64,000 bases of DNA from Candidatus Poribacteria bacterium (GCA_965215265.1 OZ244048.1:2240001-2304000), one strand, 5' to 3'. Numbered from the stretch's first letter, positions 31,434 through 40,318 are shown. Numbers and translations are program-made. Notes: generated from the letters alone by a model not told the origin.

Positions 31434-32909
31434 TCAGCGCGACGTGGCACTGGCGTATGTTTGATACGGTGCCTCTCGGATCGTTTGTATCAAGTAGTTT
31501 CGAGTCCAAGCGAGGGCAGCTTTGAGGTCTACGGGGTCAGCGGGTTGTGTGTAGCCCTCTCTTCTGTTTTCTCTACGGAGTGCAGTGAGACTCATCGTGT
31601 TGGACTTTTTGCTATTGCATGGTTGACACAACAGTGCTCGGTTATCTATGTCGTTGCTGCCGCCCTCGCTTTTCGGGATAATATGGTCAAGGTGTAAGTA
31701 GCGTTTATCGGGTGCCTGAAAGTTGCAGCCCCAACATTTGAGTCCGAATTCATCTACCAGTGCTTGGTGCATCTCGGCATGGCTGTGTAAAGGCCCGAGT
31801 TGCGAAGGGTTGACGGTGGGCAATTCGGGCGGTTGTGTCTCCGGTGCATCGGTACGCACGGGTGCATCGGTTTGGTAATGAATGTCATATTTCGAGGCTT
31901 GTTTCTCAAGCCAGGCCGTATCTGTGGCGTATTTCTCAATCCGCTCACGTTCTTTTCTGTCGATGCCCATCAATCGTGTGATGATGTGATAGCGTGCATC
32001 TACGCGCCTGTCAATCCCGAGCCATCTGCGCTTGAGATTGTTCGCTGCGATGATCGTTGTAGCACAGCCACAGAACGGGTCTAAGACTAAATCGCCTTCG
32101 TTGGACGAGGCTTTGATAATCCGTTCATAGAGTGCCAGCGGTTTTTGGTCGGGTGAACCTTTGCGTTCTGTAGCGGTCGGCGCAATAAAGTTTATGTCAC
32201 TCCATACGTCGTGCATCAAAACGCCACCTTTCTGCTTTTCTCTTTTGATATAGTTGCCGTCATCAGCTCTCAGACGAACAAGTCTCCCATCAACCATGCC
32301 GCGCACTGTATTTTCGATATATCTCTCATCTGAATATTCCTGCAGCGGTTTTGTGAAGGTATAACTATCTGTTTTTGTATAGTAAAGAATTATGTCATGC
32401 ATTTTCTGGAATCTTTTGGAAGCAGCTGTCCATCTCCGATAGTGCCACACGATTTCGTTTCTAAAGTTTTTCTTCCCAAAGATAGCATCGAGACACATTT
32501 TGATGTAGTGGCTTGCAGTGGTGTCACAGTGGAGGTATAGACTCCCGGTCGGCTTGAGTATCCGGTGCATTTCAATGAGTCGGACACTGAGGAAGCAGAG
32601 GAACGCGGAGGTATCTTGTCCTTGGCACTGTTTCGCGGCATCTATTGCGTGGTATAAAGCCCTATGATTGTCTTGGATTTCTTCGAGCCATTTGGGATGG
32701 ACTTCGTTCCATTTCCACTGGTCTGGCAATGTGCCGGTATCGCCCCATTTCCAGTTGTCTACATAGAACCCGGCTGTGCCGGCGCGGTTGCGTTTGATGT
32801 TAAAAGGCGCGTCAGTGGCGATGAGGTCTACGGTGTCGCTGTTCATTCCGCGTAGCACAGGGAGGTTATCCATTTCGTATAAGGCGTTATCCGGATAGTT
32901 TTGGTGCAT
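31434..32909 (-). CDS. DNA methyltransferase (N4/N6, beta class) fused to a C-terminal HNH endonuclease domain
   Basis: DLIATDAPF, HRILKPTGSLYLHCD, QKPLALYERII, LDPFCGCATT; then CWGC...LDHIIPKSEGGSNDIDNRALLCQPCNSKK; RBS aaggag. Confidence 0.85.
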   Translation of the reverse strand: MHQNYPDNALYEMDNLPVLRGMNSDTVDLIATDAPFNIKRNRAGTAGFYVDNWKWGDTGTLPDQWKWNEVHPKWLEEIQDNHRALYHAIDAAKQCQGQDTSAFLCFLSVRLIEMHRILKPTGSLYLHCDTTASHYIKMCLDAIFGKKNFRNEIVWHYRRWTAASKRFQKMHDIILYYTKTDSYTFTKPLQEYSDERYIENTVRGMVDGRLVRLRADDGNYIKREKQKGGVLMHDVWSDINFIAPTATERKGSPDQKPLALYERIIKASSNEGDLVLDPFCGCATTIIAANNLKRRWLGIDRRVDARYHIITRLMGIDRKERERIEKYATDTAWLEKQASKYDIHYQTDAPVRTDAPETQPPELPTVNPSQLGPLHSHAEMHQALVDEFGLKCWGCNFQAPDKRYLHLDHIIPKSEGGSNDIDNRALLCQPCNSKKSNTMSLTALRRENRREGYTQPADPVDLKAALAWTRNYLIQTIREAPYQTYASATSR

Positions 32910-33092
32910 TGGAGTGCTCCTTTAAGAAAAAAGTCGGTTTCCGTCTCTTACTCTAAAAAAACATGAGATTTATATCAATAAAAAATATTGCGCGTGGTAT
33001 AGAAGAGCGCGGACGGAGGGGATGGGTTTGGCGCATCGTCTATGGCGGCGTAGTCACATAGGTGGGTAGGATTATACCACGTAAGGGATTCA

Positions 33093-33191
33093 GTTTCGAT
33101 TCCAAATTGGTGCGATTAAAACAACTGTTGTTTATTTCTTTATTGATTGTATTTCAGTATTGTCTTGATTCCAAATTGGGGCGATTAGAAG
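33093..33191 (-). CRISPR. Orphan mini CRISPR-like array: two 30-bp repeats and one 39-bp spacer
   Basis: gtttcgattccaaattggtgcgattaaaac (33093-33122) and gtcttgattccaaattggggcgattagaag (33162-33191). The minus strand of the first reads GTTTTAATCGCACCAATTTGGAATCGAAAC, a type I-B-like repeat ending in GAAAC. Confidence 0.7.
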
Positions 33192-33223
33192 TAAAACCTG
33201 CTTCGAAACCGAATTTAAATGGG

Positions 33224-33326
33224 ACCACATTTTGATGCGTCAGTCAAGAAAAAATATAAATTGTCTGCAGCATCAATCAATTCTATCCGTATATGATACC
33301 ATATTTTGATGCGTCAGTCAAGAAAA
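33224..33326 (-). promoter_or_regulatory. Duplicated 29-bp promoter module in the putative CRISPR leader
   Basis: acca[c/t]attttgatgcgtcagtcaagaaaa at 33224 and 33298; the distal copy reads TTGACT-17bp-TATCAT on the minus strand, pointing at the array. Confidence 0.6.
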
Positions 33327-33643
33327 GTGAATTCGCTGCGGCACCATCCATTTTCTGCCAAGACGCGAGGTTTGCAAAGTTTGCTGTTTCTCTTCGACGG
33401 TTTCTGACGGTTTCATACCTTCTACAATCATCACACCTCATTCTGTTTAGGAGTGCTGCATCTGAGAGACCTCCGCTGCTATTTTCGACAATATCTTAAT
33501 TACAAAGGAATACCGAAATTAGAAAACAGAAAAATCTTGCTTTTATTTGGCTAGTATGCTACTATTTTAAGAATGGATTGCAACAGCGTTGTCGCATCCA
33601 CGTAAAAAAAACAATTTCCATAATCTAAAAAGGAGAAATTAAA

Positions 33644-34399
33644 ATGAAAATCTTGACATTAATTGGCGGATTTTCGATACTGCTGATGATTGTTATTCTG
33701 GGTACGACAGCTGAGGAGCCGAGCTTAGTAGCATACTATCCGTTTGATGGAAATGAACAAGATGCATCTGGGAACGGCAACCAGGGTGAGATTAATGGGG
33801 GCTCTAAGTGGGTCAGAGGCAAATTTGGGGAAGCCATCCACCTGGAGCCAGCGGCCTTTATTGAGATGCAGGCAAACGATTCGCTACACGGGGACCTTTT
33901 CAAAGCGGATCCTTTTACAATTTCCGCATGGATCCAACCCAACTTTGAAGGTTCTACCTGGGAACATATCTGGCGCAGTTTGCCAAGCGATGCCGGACAC
34001 AATACTCTATTCCTCAACAAAGACCAAGGACTCATCTCTTGGAGGGGACAGGTTGGGGGATGGACAATCCTTTGTCAAACTGATCCCGGGATTATTGAAG
34101 CAGATGAATGGACACACGTGGTCGTCCTCGGTGACAGCGACAAATTTAAAATTTATGTCAACGGTGAGAAGGTCGGTGAAACTGATTTTCAGGAAACACG
34201 CGGCGGCAACGTGACTTACCGGCTCGGCGGTTCTGGCGGTGAGACTTTTGCCGGTGCAATCGACGAGGCTGCAATCTTCTCGCGCGCATTGGACGAAAAT
34301 GAAATCAACCTTTTAAATAATGGCATAGAGGTTTTTCTGCCAGTTGAACCACATCAAAAACTCGCAACCAAATGGGGACACCTAAAACAATTAAATTAG
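33644..34399 (+). CDS. Secreted LamG domain protein with TWG-type tail
   Basis: LVAYYPFDG, DASGNGN, FTISAWI, WTHV, FAGAIDE, tail VEPHQKLATKWGHLK; RBS aaggag. Confidence 0.88.
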   Translation: MKILTLIGGFSILLMIVILGTTAEEPSLVAYYPFDGNEQDASGNGNQGEINGGSKWVRGKFGEAIHLEPAAFIEMQANDSLHGDLFKADPFTISAWIQPNFEGSTWEHIWRSLPSDAGHNTLFLNKDQGLISWRGQVGGWTILCQTDPGIIEADEWTHVVVLGDSDKFKIYVNGEKVGETDFQETRGGNVTYRLGGSGGETFAGAIDEAAIFSRALDENEINLLNNGIEVFLPVEPHQKLATKWGHLKQLN

Positions 34400-34924
34400 G
34401 AGATACCGGAACTTAAAAAAACAACGTGCGGCTGCATTACTACAACCGGAGGTGCTAATAATACAGAGATTCAATCTGTTTAGTTATCCACTGCAGCTGT
34501 GCACACAACCCTGCATTCAAATCCGCTAAACCGTCACCTTTTGCACATGCGAAACTTCGCACCCCTCCGGATAGACATGAATCAGTAAGAGAACATAACG
34601 AATGAAGAAGTAGTCGTGATGCCGGTACGGTTTAAGGCAGCGCCATGCCCATAGCGGATGAGCAGTCCCTTGCCTCCAGCATCAGGTACATCAAGGGCGG
34701 AGGATGCGTTGCCGACGATACACTGCTTTGTATGCGCGTGCCAAATACACAACCGGTGCATACAAAAAGGAGAGCTCAAGCTGGCAGTAGTGCAATAGCC
34801 GTCTCGATTTTCACTTCATTGGACGAGCCAAACCGTGTTGCACTGCATAGCCTGGGCACGGAGCTGGTGTGCTATAGACTCGGGGCCACGCATAATTCGC
34901 ATGCGGAACGTATAGAACTCCTCT

Positions 34925-35338
34925 TCACTGCTCAGGACTGAGCCACAGGTGTTGTTGAAGTTTGAGCGTCGTCTGTTGCCCTGCGGTTTCGAGCGTCATC
35001 TGTTTGTTTTGAATGTCAACGACTTTTGCACCGTCGAGCTCATCTCCAACCTTTACGGTTATGATGTCGCCGGTGCCTATCTGTATCCACGCCGTGCCAC
35101 CGGCTGAAGCCGAGTCAGCCGTGACCGTGGCGATGAGCCGCACGCGCAACCGGTTTTTGACCGGGAGACTCCCGAGCGGCTAGAACAGATTGTTTTCTAC
35201 CAGTGTGCGGTAAAAGTCAGATTGCTGGAACTCCTGCAGCGTCTCGGTGCGAGGGTATGACACCGGGCGAGTTGGACGCTTCGCAGGCGGCGGTTGCTGC
35301 TCGGTAGGCGGTGTAGGGGGAAGTGAGGATAGGTGCAA
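34925..35338 (-). pseudogene. GspC/PilP-like (type II secretion C-like) gene remnant with an in-frame TAG
   Basis: ...FYRTLVENNLF*PLG...RLIATV...AWIQ...VKVGDELDGAKVVDIQ in one frame; TAG at 35180-35182; no convincing N-terminus. Confidence 0.5.
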
Positions 35339-35511
35339 ACTTGTCACGTATCAAAATTGGTTACTGGAGGAACTATAGCTGTTAGGGAGAGGGCACGGTC
35401 ATGACGTTTACAGATGAAAAATGGTATGCAGCTGGCCCTCACAACGTGATTTTATAACCGACAAAACTGGCGTTGACAGCATATTTTCTCCTGTCTGCCT
35501 TTTGTGGGCAG

Positions 35512-36588
35512 CTAAGTGCTTGCCAAGCATCCGCAATACGCACAAGTCGTGAGGTTGTTCTTGAAAGTCTCGTGCTCCGGTTGTAAATAGGTTTCGTAGT
35601 TCGTCACACAGTTGGGATTTGGGCAAGGCTTGTCCGCGGGAACAAGTTCTCGCTGTGGTGGCTGTGTCAAGATGAGCTGCTCTAATCCGAGGAGACTTGA
35701 GATGAGTGCCATGCGGATTGGCACTGCATTCGCCGATTGTTCAAAGTATGCTGCGCGCGGGTCATCGTCCAATTCGTAAGAAAGTTCATTGACGCGAGGC
35801 AGCGGGTGCATAATCATCGCGTCCGGTTTCGCGTGTTTCATCACCGCTGCGTTCAGTAGATAACTACCGCGGACCTCCTCTACATCCACGTTCGGTGGGA
35901 GGCGCTCTTCCTGAAGTCTATTGACGTAGATGACATCTAATGAATCAATAATCTGTCGAATCTGTTCCACCTCTATTGGCTGCTGCGCGTGGCAGTTGGC
36001 CAATCGTTCCAATACCCATGTTGGCATTTGCAGTCCACTCGGTCCAATGTGAACCAACTTTCCGCCAAATCTTGCGACGGCGAGTGCAAACGAATGCGCG
36101 GCTCTCCCGTAGCGCAGATCTCCACAGATACCTACTGTCAGTCCGTCAATCTTCTGTTTTCGCCGGATGATGGTATAGAGGTCGGTGAGTGCCTGGGTGG
36201 GATGCGCGTGGCTCCCATCTCCACCGTTGATGATAGGTATTTTTGCATAACGTGCCATGACACGTGCTGCGCCTGCCCAATTGTGCCTAACGACAATCAG
36301 GTCTGCGTAGTTCGTTACCATTCGTGCCGTATCGGCGAGCGTCTCGCCTTTCGTTGCAGAGGTACCGCTCGGATCTGCGAAGCCGAGCGTCCCGCCGTTG
36401 AGACGTTCCATAGCGCTTTCAAAGGAGAGCCGGGTGCGGGTACTCGGTTCATAGAACAAGGTCGCCAGCAATTTGCTCCGGCAGATGCCTGCCCACGTCT
36501 CTAGTTGCGCCTGCATTCCTGCAGCCAACCGAAACAACTGTTCAATCTCAAAATTTGATACATCATCAAGGGTTATCAAATGTCTCAT
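35512..36588 (-). CDS. pyrB: Aspartate carbamoyltransferase catalytic subunit with a C-terminal PyrI-like Zn ribbon
   Basis: FYEPSTRTRLSF, KGETL, HPTQALTD, MHPLPR; tail CPNPNC...CAYC. Confidence 0.93.
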   Translation of the reverse strand: MRHLITLDDVSNFEIEQLFRLAAGMQAQLETWAGICRSKLLATLFYEPSTRTRLSFESAMERLNGGTLGFADPSGTSATKGETLADTARMVTNYADLIVVRHNWAGAARVMARYAKIPIINGGDGSHAHPTQALTDLYTIIRRKQKIDGLTVGICGDLRYGRAAHSFALAVARFGGKLVHIGPSGLQMPTWVLERLANCHAQQPIEVEQIRQIIDSLDVIYVNRLQEERLPPNVDVEEVRGSYLLNAAVMKHAKPDAMIMHPLPRVNELSYELDDDPRAAYFEQSANAVPIRMALISSLLGLEQLILTQPPQRELVPADKPCPNPNCVTNYETYLQPEHETFKNNLTTCAYCGCLAST

Positions 36589-36597
36589 TCAATGTTC

Positions 36598-36762
36598 CTA
36601 TTTGCTGAGGTTCGGCATGAAATTTTTTAGGCAGTGTGAACGAACAGCAGCGATGTGCAACTGTTCAAGGTCTTGGATATCGTCAATCTTCTCAAGTATC
36701 GGCTGCTGGGTTTCAAGATTTTCGATTCTGACGTGAAATAGTGTTAACTTTTTTACTGTCAT
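36598..36762 (-). CDS. 54-aa small ORF resembling an Rpn-family C-terminal helical domain
   Basis: MTVKKLTLFHVRIENLETQQPILEKIDDIQDLEQLHIAAVRSHCLKNFMPNLSK, filling the pyrD-pyrB gap. Confidence 0.35.
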   Translation of the reverse strand: MTVKKLTLFHVRIENLETQQPILEKIDDIQDLEQLHIAAVRSHCLKNFMPNLSK

Positions 36763-36763
36763 T

Positions 36764-37693
36764 TTAGGATGCCAGTTTCAAGCTGCCTATTAATTCTTTA
36801 AGCGATGCCATCCGAGCATTTTGAAGATAAGCCGGGATGCCAGTGACAATTTCCATAGCTGCCCTGGGATTCACGAAATTGGCTGTTCCGACAGCGACTG
36901 CGGAGGCACCGGCGATGAAAAATTCCACGGCATCGGTCGTGTTCATAATGCCGCCCATCCCGACGATCGGAATTGTGACGTGCTTGTAAACTTCCCACAC
37001 CAATCGCAATGCGACCGGCTTTATGGCGGGGCCGGAGAGCCCACCTGTCACGTTTGCGAGCTGCGGCGTGCGTGTCTCTGCATCAATTGCCATACCGAGG
37101 AGAGTATTAATCGCTGAAAGCGCGTCTGCCCCGGCATCTTCAGCCGCCTTTGCGATAACAGTAATATCGGTTACATTCGGTGACAACTTGACTAGTAACG
37201 GCAGCCGCGTCTCTGCACGAACCGCGCTGATAAGTTGATGTGCCAGTTCAGCATCCACGCCAAAACTCATCCCGCCACAATCGAGATTTGGGCAAGAGAT
37301 ATTCAGTTCTACTCCGGCAATACCGACTGCACGATTAAGTTTTTCTATCACCGTCAGATATTCAGCCACGGTTTTGCCGCAGACGTTCACAATCACGGGA
37401 ACATCAAAATCGCGGAGGTAGGGCAGCTTCTCGGAAATAAATCCATCTACACCGACATTTTGGAGCCCGATAGCGTTTAGCATGCCGGAAGAAGTTTCCA
37501 TAATCCGCTGCATCGGATTGCCCGGCCACGGTGTGCTTGTAATCCCTTTAACAACGATGGCACCGAGTTGATTTAGATCCACGAAGTCGGCGTATTCACT
37601 GCCATAACCGAACGTCCCGGATGCCGTCATCACAGGGTTCCGCATGTGAATACCGCCGATATTCACCTTGAGTGACGGAGCATTGCTGTCCAT
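36764..37693 (-). CDS. pyrD: Dihydroorotate dehydrogenase, family 1 catalytic subunit
   Basis: NPVMTASGTFG, NAIGLQN, ELNISCPN, VKLSPN, GGLSGPAIKP; start at MDSNAP. Confidence 0.93.
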   Translation of the reverse strand: MDSNAPSLKVNIGGIHMRNPVMTASGTFGYGSEYADFVDLNQLGAIVVKGITSTPWPGNPMQRIMETSSGMLNAIGLQNVGVDGFISEKLPYLRDFDVPVIVNVCGKTVAEYLTVIEKLNRAVGIAGVELNISCPNLDCGGMSFGVDAELAHQLISAVRAETRLPLLVKLSPNVTDITVIAKAAEDAGADALSAINTLLGMAIDAETRTPQLANVTGGLSGPAIKPVALRLVWEVYKHVTIPIVGMGGIMNTTDAVEFFIAGASAVAVGTANFVNPRAAMEIVTGIPAYLQNARMASLKELIGSLKLAS

Positions 37694-37729
37694 ACCTAAA
37701 ATAATACCTGATCTGTCTGGGAATGTCAA
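37694..37729 (-). promoter_or_regulatory. Sigma70 promoter for pyrD (probably leaderless)
   Basis: TTGACA-17bp-TATTAT-7nt-ATG. Confidence 0.6.
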
Positions 37730-37953
37730 GAAAAAGGTTAAAGTACAAGCAATAGCGATCCGGCGCTTACTCCGACAGCCAGTCTCCACTCTTCAATCCG
37801 TCTTGCACAAGAAGATAAATCCAACCTGTCCACTCGGTGACAACCCAATAGAGTGTTCTCATACCGTGGCGTATAGATTCCCGCAACTCTCTGTCTCATA
37901 TCCTTTGATGGTATCCTCTTTCTTCACCTTGCTATATTCCACATATTTTTAAT

Positions 37954-38076
37954 TTGACAAACACTTCTTCGTAGGGTATAATTTAAATGAAATAACCTTT
38001 TGTGAAGAGAGCAAAAGTGTTCTTTAAAAGTGAAAGAATGAACGGACGTGTCCGTTGGCAGTTTGTGAATGCACTT
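37954..38076 (+). promoter_or_regulatory. Conserved promoter plus 5' leader element, copy 1
   Basis: TTGACA-17-TATAAT then aataacctttt...aaagtgttcttt...tgaacg...ttgtgaatgcactt; homologous to 58673 and 60188. Confidence 0.7.
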
Positions 38077-38248
38077 GATTTTTTGGAAAGTGACTCACAA
38101 ACACGATTTCCTTTTCTTGAACACCTGTGTGCACGTCTTACGAATTGGCAAAAAAGGTTGAAAACGTAGTCTGTTAGGAAACTTAGTCCGAACTATAAAG
38201 TAAAGTTTATACCCTAACGGGATAAAGAATAACAAGGAGTTAGATAAT

Positions 38249-40129
38249 ATGAAGAGAAGAATGCACCCCCCCCTATATATATTAAGTATTTTAGTTTTAT
38301 TATTCATTGCTGTGCTCTGCATGCCGTCCCACGTACAGGCAGCAGCAGCAGATCAGGATCGCCCGACAATAGCAGCAGATGGATATGAGATAGTTGAGAA
38401 CCCCACTAACCCCGCGGGGCATGCTCTTTATACGCATGTTCGCCAAGGGGCTTTTGAAGCTATGCCAATAGGTTGGGGAGATGTAAGGGCTACCCTCTTG
38501 CCAGGTCGTTGGGGACTCGCTGAGAACAGAGAGCGGGCACAGGCCACATTGGCAGGGCTTGTAAATGCGGAGACCGGTTATACTACTGCTAACGAGGTAG
38601 CTTGGGATGACGCTAGAATGGCTCGACAGTACGGGCCAGGTGATACGATTAAAATTCGCGTGAAGTTCACCAGACCGGTGATAATCCGTCAGGACACGAA
38701 ATTAAACCTAAAGGTGGACCGTGATGTATACATGGACATAGACACAGCGGTGCATGATGAATCCACAGTCGCTCTCGCTTCTGATCCTAACAATCTGGGA
38801 GCTGTATTTATACGGAGCGTCAATGAAAGCGGTAATATTGTTACTGGCAATGCAGCGGATAACGTTTATGTCACCTTTGAATACACGGTACAAGAGGGTG
38901 ACATCAGGGTACAAGGTATAGAGATGTTTGCCTGGGATCGCCCTTTTTTTCGCGACGATGATGGAGATGGTATGTACCATCGTCAAAATGAGAAGCAGAG
39001 CGATACTTTCAATTTGATTCATTCGGCAGCAAATAACGACCATATCTATGTGGGTTTGAACCAGGACCTCGTAAGGGGCACAAAAGCTACCGGTGTTCCC
39101 GATACCGGTACCGCCCCCAATGGAAACTATTTCGGTGCTTTCGTGTGGCCTACCTCTCCTGAGGTTGGCACTGGATTTACCTACTTGGGTCACTCGCTTC
39201 CGAATGGACGCCTTGATCCAGCTGAGACGGATCCTAATCTTTATGCGGTAGATACGTTGCGAGCCGACACGGTCGTCACCCACATCGTTGACGGCATCGG
39301 TGCAAGATACGCACCGCTCAGCACAGCTCATCCAACAATTGGCGATCCCGTAGCGGAGCAAACCGGTGCGTTTGATATAGAAATCAAGTTTGCTAATTAT
39401 CATACGGCAGAAATCTATGCGGAACAACCACGGAGCAATACCTTTGGTGCGGCTGAGATTCTTCTCGACGGTGAAGGCGTGGAACGCGCCGATTGGACGA
39501 TCACCGATGCGGCATTTTATGGCTTGGATGCTGTTGACCCCGGTACTTATAACGCTGAGACTCAAGAGATCCAGGAGAGTGATGATCCTTTTGACGGTGA
39601 GATAAAACACAGTACGCACTATGCTGTCTATCGTGCGACGATTACCCCGCCTGATAATTTTGATGGGGATGTAGCGATATCGATTGCTGAAAACGCTATT
39701 ACAGATCTTGCCGGTAACACGAGCAAGGCATCCGGGAATACGCTGACGGTGCCTGTAAATACAGTCGTCGAGGTGAACATTCCGGATGAGACGCTCCGTG
39801 CGGAAATAGAGGAGACACTCAGCATCGCCGCGGGGACGGCTGTGACCTCGGTAGATATGCTAGGCTTGACAAGCCTAGATTTAGGTGGCTCAGACATTAG
39901 CGATCTGACTGGACTTGAATACGCCACCAACTTGGAAGAGTTGGATCTCAGTGATACACAAGTAGAGGATATTTCAGCCCTAGCAAGCCTCACGAGTTTG
40001 CTAGAGCTGTCTCTCTCGGGAACGCCAATAGAGGATGAGGATATCTCGCATCTGTCAGGCCTTATCAACTTGAAAGTGCTGGATCTCAGTGATACGGAAG
40101 TGTCGGATATCACGCCGCTGTCACAATAA
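38249..40129 (+). CDS. Secreted surface protein with Ig-like segments and C-terminal internalin-like leucine-rich repeats
   Basis: Signal peptide, RBS aaggag, DLAGN, VNIPDETLRAEI cap, ISDLTGLEYATNLEELDL LRRs. Confidence 0.8.
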   Translation: MKRRMHPPLYILSILVLLFIAVLCMPSHVQAAAADQDRPTIAADGYEIVENPTNPAGHALYTHVRQGAFEAMPIGWGDVRATLLPGRWGLAENRERAQATLAGLVNAETGYTTANEVAWDDARMARQYGPGDTIKIRVKFTRPVIIRQDTKLNLKVDRDVYMDIDTAVHDESTVALASDPNNLGAVFIRSVNESGNIVTGNAADNVYVTFEYTVQEGDIRVQGIEMFAWDRPFFRDDDGDGMYHRQNEKQSDTFNLIHSAANNDHIYVGLNQDLVRGTKATGVPDTGTAPNGNYFGAFVWPTSPEVGTGFTYLGHSLPNGRLDPAETDPNLYAVDTLRADTVVTHIVDGIGARYAPLSTAHPTIGDPVAEQTGAFDIEIKFANYHTAEIYAEQPRSNTFGAAEILLDGEGVERADWTITDAAFYGLDAVDPGTYNAETQEIQESDDPFDGEIKHSTHYAVYRATITPPDNFDGDVAISIAENAITDLAGNTSKASGNTLTVPVNTVVEVNIPDETLRAEIEETLSIAAGTAVTSVDMLGLTSLDLGGSDISDLTGLEYATNLEELDLSDTQVEDISALASLTSLLELSLSGTPIEDEDISHLSGLINLKVLDLSDTEVSDITPLSQ

Positions 40130-40192
40130 TTAACAACGGTGGGCGACGCTTAAGGCACAAGAGTCACCTCAGTGAGATGTAAACTAACCTAA

Positions 40193-40237
40193 CCAGGGGC
40201 AGCCACCCTCACATGGCTGCCCCTGGTTTTTTTTTTG
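40193..40237 (+). terminator. Rho-independent terminator
   Basis: ccaggggcagcca...tggctgcccctgg followed by a T-run. Confidence 0.85.
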
Positions 40238-40288
40238 TTTTCAGAGAAGCACCGAGGCCGCCCTGCGAGGCAAAACGTGAAGGTTGCC

Positions 40289-40318
40289 TTGACAAAATAA
40301 TAGGGAGGCTGCTATACT
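40289..40318 (+). promoter_or_regulatory. Sigma70 promoter of Rpn-like gene 1 (identical copy at ~42027-42056)
   Basis: TTGACA-18bp-TATACT with an extended TG. Confidence 0.65.

Noticed and set aside
33224-33326. 29-bp direct repeat (period 74) as a second CRISPR array
   Set aside because: Unrelated to the adjacent repeat; reads as a duplicated -35/spacer promoter module on the minus strand
34580-34920. Possible structural RNA (tmRNA/RNase P/6S) in a long intergenic region
   Set aside because: No diagnostic termini or conserved motifs recognised; no tRNA or rRNA was found anywhere in the window
38708-39619. Long antisense ORFs (e.g. 38708..39619, 2826..3671, 1942..2586, 63342..63977)
   Set aside because: Shadows of well-supported opposite-strand genes with no recognisable motifs
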